Assembly (NCBI GenBank): GCA_017621755.1
Contig: JAGASL010000025.1
Span: forward strand, 64,727-128,726
Length of the DNA stretch: 64,000 nt
Direction: 5' to 3'
Origin: Clostridia bacterium
GTDB taxonomy: Bacteria > Bacillota > Clostridia > Oscillospirales > CAG-272
In this document: in pieces, positions 1 through 10,300 of the stretch
How positions within the stretch are numbered: the first letter of the stretch is position 1
Layout: every line of letters begins with the position of its first letter
The notes under the pieces: generated by a model
What the model was told of the DNA's origin: nothing
Seen by the model: the letters and a program-made list of their open reading frames with translations, nothing else
Databases searched by the model: none
Position numbers and translations under genes: made by a program

Positions 1-5
1 TTCCC

Positions 6-3000
6 ATGAAGAGAACCAGGTTCATCCGCACAACAGCCTTCTTCCTTGCTGTGGTGATGCTTTGCGGTCTTTTTGGCGTGTCGGGCTCGGCCGCCGAAGC
101 GATCGGCAATGTTGTCAGCTCCACCAAAGAAGAACTTCTTGCGCTGTTGAACGCATCTTCCTATTCGGAGTACGATAAGAAAAACCCGGATACGAAGGGC
201 GTGGAAACGGTCGTGATCGACGCAAAGGACGTGTATTCCTATTCGGACGGTACGACTACTTACTATTACGATGCTGAAAGCTCGTCCTTCTACTCGCTCA
301 ACGAGGCTGGCGAAAAGGTAACCGCCAACGCCGATGAGCTGGCAGTAGCCTTTGGCGAGTACGGCGGCGTAAATGCGCTTCTTTCGCCTACCAGCGGCAC
401 CTTGACTTGGCAGGTCGAGATTCCTGCCAGCGGCCGCTACGGCGTAGAGATCGTGTACTATCCGCTTGGTGAAAGCTCCACGTCTGTAGAGCGTATGTTC
501 TACCTGGACGGCAAGGTTCCTTTCGCGCAGGCCAGATATCTGACCCTGTCGAAGAACTGGCGCTATGAGTATCCCACCGCAGAGGAGGGAACACTCGGCC
601 TGAACGGCGCGTACTTGGATGAGAACGGCCACGTGATCTTCCGTACCGACGTAAACGGCAACCAGCTTAAGCCTACGGCGGTGATCGACCCGAAGTGGAT
701 GACCTATCAGTTCTCGGATCCGGACGGCTTCTATCAGGGCGCGTTCGAATTCTATTTCGATAATGAGAACAATAAAACCGGCGGCCTGCATACGATCGCA
801 CTTTCCAGTACCCGTGAGGCTATGGCGATCCAGACGATCCGTGTGTTCCCGGTAGAGGAGATGCCCCGTTATGCCGACGTTCTTGCCTCTTATAAGGCAA
901 ACGGCTATCAGCCCGCCGGCAAGGATGCCAGCATTCGCATCGAGGCAGAGGCGCCTTACCGCGTTTCCGATACCTCGGTATATTCGGCCAATGACCGTAC
1001 CTCTGCCGTTACCTCGCCTAACTCGCCCGGCGCACAGCTGCAGAACGTGTTGGGTAGCAACAGCTACGATACGATCGGCCAGTGGGCAAGCTACCGCTTC
1101 ACCGTAACCGAGACCGGTCTTTACACCATCTCTGTTCGCTGCAAGCAGGATAAGCTGGCCGGTATGTATACCTCCCGCGCCCTTCGCTTGGCCGGTGGTA
1201 TTTACGGCGAGGAGCTGAGTGTTCCGTTTGCAGAGGCATACGATGCCCGCTTCAACTATGACAAGGCCTGGCAGATTGTCACATTGGGCGATGGCACGAG
1301 CGTTTTCCAGTTCTATTTTGAAGAAGGCGAGACCTACACGCTTTCTCTCGATGTCAGCCTGGGTACTCTTTCTGATATTATCGAGGGCGTTGAGCGGTCG
1401 CTCAGCGTCATCAACGATTGCTATCTTGATATTTTGAGGTTGACCGGCGCAGAGCCTGACGAATACCGCGACTATCGTTTTGGTCGCGTTATGCCGGCTA
1501 CGGTTCGTAACCTGCTGAAGGAGCATAAGAACCTTTCTGCGGTATCTGAGCAGCTTACCGCCCTGTGTGGCTCTAAGGGTGCGCACGTAGCGACCCTGGA
1601 TAAGGTTGCCTTCCTGCTGGACGTTATGGGCTCGGATGAGGATAAGATCGCCGAAAACCTGGACGATCTGAAGTCCTACATCGGTACGCTTGGTACCTGG
1701 CTGAACACCTCCAAGCAGCAGTCCCTGATGATGGACTACATCGTTGTCAGCGGCTCTGAGAATGCGACCTACGATGTGTCCTTTACCCCTGTGCTCGATG
1801 GTCAGTACAAGGTAGACGCCAACTTCTTCGAGGCTGCAGGCTTTGAAATTTCTTCCTTCTTTAATAGTTTCTTCGTAGATTACAACCAGATGGGTGTTAC
1901 CGTTACCGAAGAGGATATGGCTGATAGAACCCGCGTTGAGGTATGGCTTGCCACCGGTCGTGACCAGGCCAGCATCTGGCGTTCACTGGTTGACTCGACC
2001 TTCACCTCTACTGATGAGGGTGCCGGTATTGCCGTTGACCTGAAGCTGGTTGCCGGCGGTACGCTGCTTCCTTCGGTTCTGGCAAAGCAGGGCCCTGACG
2101 TTTTCGTAGGTCTGGATAGCGGTAGCGTTATCAACTACGCAATTCGTAGTGCTGTTCTCCCGCTGGACGATCACCCCGGCACCGAGGAGCACAAGGCCGA
2201 CCTGCAGGAAACGCTGCGGGACTTCAACGAAGCTACCCTGGTTCCTCTTAGCATGTATAACAAGATCTACGGTGTGCCCGAGACGGTTTCCTTCTCGATG
2301 ATGTTCTACCGTAAGGATGCGCTGGCTAACCTTGGTCTCGACGTTCCGCAGACCTGGGATGACCTGCTGACCTGCGTGCCTGTTCTGCAGTCCGCGAACA
2401 TGGAGATCGGTCTTTCCAGAGACTTCAACATGTTCCACTATCAGAGAGGCGGCGACCGTTGGACCTACCATGGTAGAGACTATAACGGTACCGCGTATGC
2501 CGATCTGATGGAGGATGACGCATTCTCTACTTATTTTGATTATATGCAGATCGCGTACGACGAGGACGTTGCTCTTGACGCGTTCCGCTACATGACTCGC
2601 TTCTACACCGACTACAGCTTCCCGGTTGCCTATGATGCTGCAAACCGTTTCCGTACCGGTGAGATGCCGATCGTAATTGCCGATGCCGTTGGTATGTACA
2701 ACCAGCTGACGGTATTCGCAACTGAAATTCGTGGTCTTTGGATGTTTACTAACATTCCTGGCACGCTCCGCTCGGATGGTACGATCTCCAGCGTAGCGAT
2801 CGCCGGTGTCAGCGCCGTTGTTATGATGAACGGTGTAGATGATGAGGCTGCTTCCTGGCGCTTCATGAAGTGGCAGGTAAGCCCGGATGTACAGGCTACC
2901 TACGGTAATGGCATGGTTGCCTTGATCGGCCCCTCTGCTAAGTATGCTACGGCAAACATGAAGGCCCTGTTCAAGATGTCTTGGACGACCGAGGAATATG

Positions 3001-3329
3001 AGAACCTGTACGGTCAGTTCAACAACCTGGCCACGATCCCGAACTACCCCGGTGCGTATATCATTGACCGTTATTTGAACTTCGCATTCCTGAACTCGTA
3101 CAATGACGGTGCTGAGCCTGTAGAGCAGCTGCAGGGCTACGTCAAGACGATCAATAAGGAAATTACCAGAAAGCGTCAGGAGTTCGAGCTTCCTGTGCTG
3201 GAGGATGGCGCCACCATTGATGATGCCATCGAGCAGTACCTTGATTACCTGGCAACGCTGGACGAAGCCGCGCTTGCGGAATTCGGTTTTTCTGACGCAA
3301 CGCTTTCCTATATTAAAAATCGTACTTGA
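6..3329 (+). CDS. Giant extracellular solute-binding protein (1107 aa). The ~600-aa N-terminal region has two CBM-like beta-sandwich modules and a helical segment. The C-terminal part is a family-1 sugar ABC substrate-binding domain.
   Basis: ORF track. N-terminal hydrophobic signal (FFLAVVMLCGLFGVSGSAAEA). IRIEAEA...WASYRFTVTETGLYTISVRCKQD segments resemble CBM6/35. C-terminal PDVFVGLD, YGVPETVSFSMMFYRKD and PQTWDDL motifs are typical of sugar SBPs. Confidence 0.75.
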   Translation: MKRTRFIRTTAFFLAVVMLCGLFGVSGSAAEAIGNVVSSTKEELLALLNASSYSEYDKKNPDTKGVETVVIDAKDVYSYSDGTTTYYYDAESSSFYSLNEAGEKVTANADELAVAFGEYGGVNALLSPTSGTLTWQVEIPASGRYGVEIVYYPLGESSTSVERMFYLDGKVPFAQARYLTLSKNWRYEYPTAEEGTLGLNGAYLDENGHVIFRTDVNGNQLKPTAVIDPKWMTYQFSDPDGFYQGAFEFYFDNENNKTGGLHTIALSSTREAMAIQTIRVFPVEEMPRYADVLASYKANGYQPAGKDASIRIEAEAPYRVSDTSVYSANDRTSAVTSPNSPGAQLQNVLGSNSYDTIGQWASYRFTVTETGLYTISVRCKQDKLAGMYTSRALRLAGGIYGEELSVPFAEAYDARFNYDKAWQIVTLGDGTSVFQFYFEEGETYTLSLDVSLGTLSDIIEGVERSLSVINDCYLDILRLTGAEPDEYRDYRFGRVMPATVRNLLKEHKNLSAVSEQLTALCGSKGAHVATLDKVAFLLDVMGSDEDKIAENLDDLKSYIGTLGTWLNTSKQQSLMMDYIVVSGSENATYDVSFTPVLDGQYKVDANFFEAAGFEISSFFNSFFVDYNQMGVTVTEEDMADRTRVEVWLATGRDQASIWRSLVDSTFTSTDEGAGIAVDLKLVAGGTLLPSVLAKQGPDVFVGLDSGSVINYAIRSAVLPLDDHPGTEEHKADLQETLRDFNEATLVPLSMYNKIYGVPETVSFSMMFYRKDALANLGLDVPQTWDDLLTCVPVLQSANMEIGLSRDFNMFHYQRGGDRWTYHGRDYNGTAYADLMEDDAFSTYFDYMQIAYDEDVALDAFRYMTRFYTDYSFPVAYDAANRFRTGEMPIVIADAVGMYNQLTVFATEIRGLWMFTNIPGTLRSDGTISSVAIAGVSAVVMMNGVDDEAASWRFMKWQVSPDVQATYGNGMVALIGPSAKYATANMKALFKMSWTTEEYENLYGQFNNLATIPNYPGAYIIDRYLNFAFLNSYNDGAEPVEQLQGYVKTINKEITRKRQEFELPVLEDGATIDDAIEQYLDYLATLDEAALAEFGFSDATLSYIKNRT

Positions 3330-3365
3330 GCCGTCAAGCAAAAATCTTTATAAGGAGTAAAACGA

Positions 3366-4313
3366 ATGTCACAGAATGAGGCGGTCACGCGCCCGGTAGC
3401 GCGCAAAGACATGACCAAATGGCAGTGGACATGGAAAGAGATGAAGCGCAACAAGACCGCGTATATCATGGTTATGCCCTTCATGTTGCTCTTCTTTGTG
3501 TTCACCGTTTTCCCGGTCGTATTCTCGATTTTCCTCAGCTTTACTGAGTTTAACCTGCTGGAATGGCCGAAGATGGTTGGCTTTGAAAACTATATTCGTC
3601 TGTTCCTCGATGATGAAATTTTCATTCTCGCATGTAAGAACACCCTGATCTTCGCCGCCATTACCGGCCCAGTTTCTTACCTGCTTTCCTTCCTGATCGC
3701 ATGGTTCATCAACGAGCTCCCGCCGAAGGTCCGCGCCGTTGTTACGCTGATCTTCTACGCGCCGTCTATCTCCGGCGGTGTTTACATGGTTTGGAGCATC
3801 CTGTTCTCCTCCGACTCTTACGGTTGGGTAAACGGTACGCTGATGAAGCTCGGCATTATCGACGCGCCGATCCTATGGTTCCAGGATGAAAACTACGTTA
3901 TGACGCTTTGCTGCGTTGTTGCACTGTGGACCTCGCTTGGTACGGCATTCCTGGCCTTCATCGCCGGCTTGCAGACCATTGATAAGAGCCTCTTCGAGGC
4001 TGCCGCGGTAGACGGTATTCGCAACCGCTGGCAGGAGCTGTGGTACATCACGCTGCCTACGATGCGCCCGCAGCTGATGTTCGGTGCTGTGCTTGCTATT
4101 ACCCAGTCCTTCGGCTTTGGCGGCGTTGTTACCGCCCTGGCTGGTATGCCCTCGGTCAACTACTGCGCACACACCATCATGCACCACCTGGATGACTATG
4201 GTGGTATGCGCTTTGAGGTAGGTTATTCCTCTACGATCGCGGTGGTTCTGTTCATCATCATGGTGGGCAGTAACATCATCATCAAGAAAGCACTTTCAAA
4301 GGTAGGACAATGA
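3366..4313 (+). CDS. Sugar ABC transporter permease (MalF/UgpA type), pair 1
   Basis: AAGGAG RBS 8 nt upstream. Multi-TM protein with EAA loop FEAAAVDGIRNRWQELWYITLPTMRP. Confidence 0.9.
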   Translation: MSQNEAVTRPVARKDMTKWQWTWKEMKRNKTAYIMVMPFMLLFFVFTVFPVVFSIFLSFTEFNLLEWPKMVGFENYIRLFLDDEIFILACKNTLIFAAITGPVSYLLSFLIAWFINELPPKVRAVVTLIFYAPSISGGVYMVWSILFSSDSYGWVNGTLMKLGIIDAPILWFQDENYVMTLCCVVALWTSLGTAFLAFIAGLQTIDKSLFEAAAVDGIRNRWQELWYITLPTMRPQLMFGAVLAITQSFGFGGVVTALAGMPSVNYCAHTIMHHLDDYGGMRFEVGYSSTIAVVLFIIMVGSNIIIKKALSKVGQ

Positions 4314-4314
4314 T

Positions 4315-5190
4315 ATGGCAAGAAGATTAAGAACAAGAAATCATAAAGTTGTCCTGAACCGTTCTGCAGGCGGTGACGCCGGTATTTCCTTCTTCCTGAT
4401 TCTGATGGGCGCCTTCATGTTCCTGCCGATGCTTTACATCATCATGCAGTCCTTGAAGCCGCTGGATGAATTGTGGATGTTCCCGCCGCGGTTCTACGTT
4501 ACCAACCCGACCCTTGAGAACTTTTCTGACCTGTTCGCGTTGATGAACACCTCTTGGGTGCCCTTCTCGCGTTACATCTTCAACACCGTTTTGATCACGG
4601 CTGCCGGTACCTTCGGCAACCTGATCCTGGCTTCGATGGCCGCCTACGCGCTCGCTAAGCTGAACTTCCCGGGCCGTAAGTGGATGTTTGAGATCATCGT
4701 GCTTTCTCTGATGTTCCACCAGACGGTTAACCAGGTTACGCACTTCATCATTCTGACCACGATGCGAATGGTCGATACCTACTTTGCTATCATCATTCCG
4801 GCTCTGGCAACCACCATGGGTCTGTACTTGATGAAGCAGTTTATGGAATCCTCGGTTTCTGATGCGGTGCTGGAGAGTGCCCGCCTGGATGGCGCCAGCG
4901 AGTTCAAGACCTTCCTGGTTATCGCCATGCCAATGGTTAAGCCTGCTTGGCTGACCCTGATCATTGAGTCCTTCAAGGGTCTGTGGAATACCGGTGCTTC
5001 GGTATACATTCAGTCTGAGCAGCTGAAGACCTTTAACTACGCTATCCAGCAGATCGTTAACGGTGGTGTAGCCCGTGCCGGTGCCGGTGCGGCTGCTACG
5101 GTCGTTATGATGATCGTGCCGATCACGGTGTTCGTTGTTTCGCAGAGTAACATCATTGAAACGATGGGCTCCAGTGGTATGAAAGACTAA
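4315..5190 (+). CDS. Carbohydrate ABC transporter permease (MalG/UgpE type), pair 1
   Basis: 1-nt gap to the previous gene. EAA loop LESARLDGASEFKTFLVIAMPMVKP. Confidence 0.9.
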   Translation: MARRLRTRNHKVVLNRSAGGDAGISFFLILMGAFMFLPMLYIIMQSLKPLDELWMFPPRFYVTNPTLENFSDLFALMNTSWVPFSRYIFNTVLITAAGTFGNLILASMAAYALAKLNFPGRKWMFEIIVLSLMFHQTVNQVTHFIILTTMRMVDTYFAIIIPALATTMGLYLMKQFMESSVSDAVLESARLDGASEFKTFLVIAMPMVKPAWLTLIIESFKGLWNTGASVYIQSEQLKTFNYAIQQIVNGGVARAGAGAAATVVMMIVPITVFVVSQSNIIETMGSSGMKD

Positions 5191-5204
5191 AAGGAGAGAA
5201 GAGA

Positions 5205-7340
5205 ATGAAAAAGAAAATAGTTACATTTACCCTTCTGCTCCTGTGCATGGTCACCCTGTTCGCGGCTGCAATGCCTGTTTCAGCACTCGAGCCGTATACC
5301 ACCTATACCTACTCGCCTGATGGCTTTGCGTTGAAGTCTCCCGCCGCCTACTCGCCTACCATGTCGGTAGACTACAAGACCGTAGGCCTTGAGACCAAGT
5401 GGGATGATGCCGCTGACATCTTCGTTGATGACGAGGATAAGGTCTATCTGGTAGATACGGCTAACAACCGTATCATCGTGATGACCCCCTTCTACAAGCT
5501 GGATTTCATCATCGATATCTTTGTTAACAGCCAGGGCGTACACGACTCCTTCGATAAGCCCGGCGGTGTGTTCGTAAACGAAGAGCACATCTACGTGTGC
5601 GATACGAACAATAGCCGTATCGTCATGTTTGACCGTGAGGGTAATTTTGAAAAGACCATCGAAAAGCCGGAATCGGCGCTGTTCGGTGAGGATTCCATTT
5701 ACCAGCCGGTTGCTATGGCTGTTGACCAATACGGCCGTATCTACGTGGTATCGCAGACTACCAACCAGGGCGTTATCGTCATGGATGAAAACGGTACCTT
5801 CAACGGCTTTATCGGTGCCCAGGCGGTTAACTACAACATTCTGGACATCATCTGGCGCCGCTTCCAGAGCAAGGAGCAGCGTAGAAAGACCTCCTCGTAT
5901 ATCCCGGTTTCCTTTAACAACATCTCTATTGATGAAGAGGGCTTCATCTTCGTAACCAACGATTCGATCGACGAGACCAGCCAGCTCGGCTCTATCAAGA
6001 GCAAGAGCGCCGCTTACTCGCCCGTTAAGAAGCTCAACTCGGCCGGTGACGAGATCATGAAGCGTAACGGCTTCTTCGATCCCGGTGGAGAGGTTGACAT
6101 CAAGCCGAAGCGTGATAGCAATCCGCATACCGGTGTTTCCCGTATTTCTGATGTTGCCATCGGCCCGGAGGGCACCTGGTCTATCGTAGACCCGAACAGA
6201 TGTAAGGTGTTCACCTACGATTCCAATGGTAACATGCTCTTCACCTTTGGTGACGAGGGTGAGCAGCTGGGTAACATTCGTAAGGGTGGCTCGCTTGCTT
6301 ACCAGGGCAACTACCTCCTCCTGCTTGACGTTGATAACGATACCTTTACGGTATACGAGCGTACCGAGTACGGCGACCTGCTGATCGAGGCTCTTGCCTG
6401 CGAAAATGACCGCCGTTACAATGACGCGATCGATTGCTGGAAGTCGGTGCTGCAGCGTAACAACAACTTTGATACCGCTTATATCGGTATCGGTAAGGCG
6501 CTGTACCGTGAATCGGATTATGAGGGCGCTATGGAGTATCTCCACGCCGCTTATGAAACGACCTATTATTCCAAGTCCTATCAGGAGCTGCGTAAGGTCT
6601 GGATCGCCGATTTCTTCGTGCTGATCCCGATTGTGATCGTTGTTCTTTGCGTTGCCTGGACCTTCTTTATGAAGTACGTTAAGCGCGTCAACTACGAGAC
6701 CGCTCACTCCCACGGGAAGAGAACCTACTGGCAGGAGCTTCTTTATTCCTTCCATCTGGTATTCCACCCCTTCGATGGCTTCTGGGATCTGAAGCATGAG
6801 AAGCGTGGCTCGATGCGCGCCGCCTTGACGATCCTTCTGATCGTTATCGTTGCTTTCTTCTATCAGGCTGTCGGTACCGGCTATCTGATGAATCCGGAAG
6901 AAAATTACTCTACGATCCTGGTGCAGGTAGCAGCCGTTACCGTACCGCTTCTGCTGTGGTCGGTTTCCAACTGGTGTCTGACTACGCTGTTTGACGGTGA
7001 AGGTAGCCTGAAGGATATTATTATCGCTTGCTGCTATGCACTTGCTCCCATGCCGCTCTTCCTGATTATTTCTACGCTGCTTTCTAATGTGGTAGCGCTG
7101 GAGGAGGCGCAGATCGTTTCGCTGCTTGTAACGATTTCCTTCGTTTGGGCTGCGTTCCTGCTCTTCTTTGGTATGATGGTAACGCATGATTACTCGTTGT
7201 TCAAGACGATCACCACCACCATAGGTACCGTGGTCGCTATGGCCGTTATCATGTTCGTTGCTGTTCTGTTCACAAGCCTGCTGGGTAAGATCCTGTCCTT
7301 CATTACGCAGATCTACACCGAGCTGTCTTACCGAGTCTAA
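5205..7340 (+). CDS. Signal peptide + NHL-like beta-propeller repeats + TPR + C-terminal Yip1-like polytopic membrane domain (711 aa)
   Basis: AGGAGA RBS. Repeats VYLVDTANNRIIVM, IYVCDTNNSRIVMFD, IYVVSQTTNQGVIVMD and CKVFTYDSNGNMLFTFG. TPR-like YNDAIDCWKSVLQRNNNFDTAYIGIGKALYRESDYEGAMEYL. About six hydrophobic helices after residue 468. Confidence 0.7.
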   Translation: MKKKIVTFTLLLLCMVTLFAAAMPVSALEPYTTYTYSPDGFALKSPAAYSPTMSVDYKTVGLETKWDDAADIFVDDEDKVYLVDTANNRIIVMTPFYKLDFIIDIFVNSQGVHDSFDKPGGVFVNEEHIYVCDTNNSRIVMFDREGNFEKTIEKPESALFGEDSIYQPVAMAVDQYGRIYVVSQTTNQGVIVMDENGTFNGFIGAQAVNYNILDIIWRRFQSKEQRRKTSSYIPVSFNNISIDEEGFIFVTNDSIDETSQLGSIKSKSAAYSPVKKLNSAGDEIMKRNGFFDPGGEVDIKPKRDSNPHTGVSRISDVAIGPEGTWSIVDPNRCKVFTYDSNGNMLFTFGDEGEQLGNIRKGGSLAYQGNYLLLLDVDNDTFTVYERTEYGDLLIEALACENDRRYNDAIDCWKSVLQRNNNFDTAYIGIGKALYRESDYEGAMEYLHAAYETTYYSKSYQELRKVWIADFFVLIPIVIVVLCVAWTFFMKYVKRVNYETAHSHGKRTYWQELLYSFHLVFHPFDGFWDLKHEKRGSMRAALTILLIVIVAFFYQAVGTGYLMNPEENYSTILVQVAAVTVPLLLWSVSNWCLTTLFDGEGSLKDIIIACCYALAPMPLFLIISTLLSNVVALEEAQIVSLLVTISFVWAAFLLFFGMMVTHDYSLFKTITTTIGTVVAMAVIMFVAVLFTSLLGKILSFITQIYTELSYRV

Positions 7341-7357
7341 GTATAGGAGATATGAGA

Positions 7358-10300
7358 ATGAAAACAAGAATTTTATCAATGATGCTTGCATTGTTGATGG
7401 CCTTTGGCTCTTTCGGTGTCTTCTGTACCGTTCCCGGTATTGTGGAGGCTGCTGACACAGCCACTGAGTCTGGCGATGCTGCCGGTGATACCACCGGCGG
7501 CGATGCCACCGGCGAGGAAACGCCGGATGAGGAAAAGGAGCCCTACGAGGATATCGTAAAGGCTGCTCTTCGCACCAACTATGCAAGCCCGCAGGATAAG
7601 ATCGATAGCGATGCGAATATGCGTCTGGCTGCTAAGTATGACGTATATGAGCTTTACGTGAACGATTTTACCGGTGAAATTGCCGTAAAGGATACTACCA
7701 CCGGTCAGATCCTGCTGTCGAACCCCTACAAGATCGAGGATAGTGAAACCATTCAGGTTTCTGATGCCGTTCGTGCAGAGCTGCTTTCGCAGATCCAGAT
7801 CGGCTTCCTTGAAAATGGTAACCATAAGGATTATTTCAGCTATACCGAGGCTGCCAGCCGTGGCCAGATCAAGGTAAAGAATATCAAGCAGGGTATCCGC
7901 GTTGAGTATGCCCTGGGCCGTGAGGATTCTAACTACCTCGCTCCCGGTAGTATTACCATCGAGCGTATGATCAGCGAGATCCTTAGCGTGATGAACCCTG
8001 ATCTTCCCAGCTACGATTGGGATGCGATCTTCGCAGCCGGCTCTGCCGCTACCTACGATCTGAAATCCTTCCTTTCTTACTACACCGAGATCAACCCCTT
8101 TGAGGTTGACGAGGCTGGTAACCGCGTTATGAGTGATACCGCTTATAACGACATGCTGAAGGCTTATCCCGTGCTGCAGAAGCTGCAAAAGGGCATTTAC
8201 GTCCGTTCTAAGTCTACCCCGCGTGATAAGCGTATGCTGGAAAACTACATCAAGACCTACTGCCCGAACTACACGTACGAGGAGATGGAAAAGGACCATG
8301 CAGAAACCGAGTATACCTCGGAGGAGCTGGATCCGCCGCTCTTCAAGGTAGCGCTGGAGTACACCCTGACCAAAGAGGGTCTTACCATCCGCCTGCCCGC
8401 AAACGGTATTCGCTTTGACTACTCGCTCTACACCCTGGAGTACATTACTCCCCTGCAGTACTTTGGTGCAGGCGATCTGACCAACGATGGCTACCTCTTC
8501 TATCCCGATGGCGGTGGTGCGATCTTCTATTATGAGGATCTTGCCAAGAAGGAATACGGTAGCACGACTGGTAAGGTATACGGTATCGACTATGCCTACC
8601 ACCAGATCTCTGGTGCACACCAGGAGACGATTCGCGTTCCCGTATTCGGTTCTGTTAGCACCTTAAATTCAACCGTGCAGACCACCGATGAGGAAGGGAA
8701 CGTGGTAGAGACCCCCGTTACCACCACCAGCGGCTATATGGCCATCCTGGAGGAGGGTGACGCCATGGCGAGCATCACGGCAAACTGGGGTGGTACCCGT
8801 TCTCCGTTCGCAACGGTATACACCACCTTCAACCCGCGTCCTCGCGATACTTACGACCTTTCCGGCAACAGCTCGTCCGGCGGCAGCTCTGCTTCCTCCT
8901 GGACGGTTGAATCCTCTCGTAAGTATACCGGCAGCTATAAGATGCGCATCTACATGCTCACCGATAAGCATGCCGCTACCGAAAGCACCTGCTTTGCCCC
9001 CACCTACGTTGGCATGGCAAACGCTTACAGACACTATCTGACCAATGTTGCCGGTGTTCTTTCGGCACTGGAGGTAGCAGATAATAAGAACATCCCGCTC
9101 TACATTGAAAGCTTCGGCACTGTGCCGGATATGGAAAGAATTCTTTCCGTTCCCGTAGACGTGGACGTTCCGTTGACCACCTTTGCTAATGTTCAGCAGA
9201 TGTATACCGATCTTTCCGAAAACGGTATTTCCAACATTCAGTTCAAGCTGACCGGCTTTGCCAATGAGGGTATGTATTACACCTATCCCAATCGCTTGAA
9301 GTGGATGAAGGAGGTTGGCGGCGATAACGGCTTTGCCGAGCTGCTGAAGGATGCCAATGCGAAGGGCTACGGCGTCTTCCCGGATTTCGATTTCATGTAC
9401 ATCAGAAACAGAAAGCTCTTTGACGGTATCAACCTGAAGTACGCCGCAGCGCGCACAATCGATAACCGTTATGCGAACCTCCGTGTATACGATGCAACCT
9501 ACCAGGAATTCGTTACCTTCTATCAGATCTGTGTAACGCCTGCCATGATTGAGGAGTATTACGAGAAGTTCTCCGGTAAGTTTATGAGCTTTGATCCGAT
9601 CGGTATTTCGGTTGGCTCTATGGGTAGCGATCTGAACTCCGACTTTGGTGATAAGTCGCCTACCAACCGCGATGAGGCGAAGAAGATCATTACCAGCATC
9701 TTCGCTCAGCTCAGCGAGGATTATAACGGCTCCGTTATGACCTCGGGCGGTAACATTTACGCGCTGGCCTACACCGAGCATCTGCTTGGTGCCGCCCTGG
9801 ATAGCTCGCGCTTTGCAAGCGCCAGCCGTTCCGTTCCGTTCGTTGGTATGGTTCTGCACGGCTACGTCAACTTTGCAGGCTCCGCCATCAATATGGCCGG
9901 TAATGTAAACTATCAGGTGCTGAAGGCTATTGAGAACGGTGCGGGTGTTTACTTCACCCTTTCCTATGATAATACCAGCCTGCTGAAGGAATTTGAGGAT
10001 CTGAGTGAATACTACTCGGTTAACTACAAAATCTGGGCTGGCGAGTTTGATGAAGAGGGCAACCTTGTTGAGCGCGGTGAGCTGTTTGACGTATACGATC
10101 GTGTCAACAACGCGATCGGTACGCTGCAGACCAAGCTGATCGTTGATCACCAGTTCCTGATCGGTGAGCGTGTTCCCACCGAGGCTGAGAAGGCACAGGA
10201 TGCCAAGGCTTACCAGGATGCGTGGGACGAGGCAGAAGCACTTGCTACCACCGCTGCACAGAAGGCACAGATCGCCGAGTATCGTGCAGCATACCTGGCC

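Noticed and set aside
1983-10150. Very long antisense ORFs opposite the first locus (1983-3341, 5280-7586, 7376-8620 and 8669-10150, all on the minus strand).
   Set aside because: They lie entirely inside strongly supported plus-strand genes and have no RBS. Their translations are Arg/Gly/His-rich low-complexity sequence, as expected from stop-poor antisense frames in GC-rich coding DNA.
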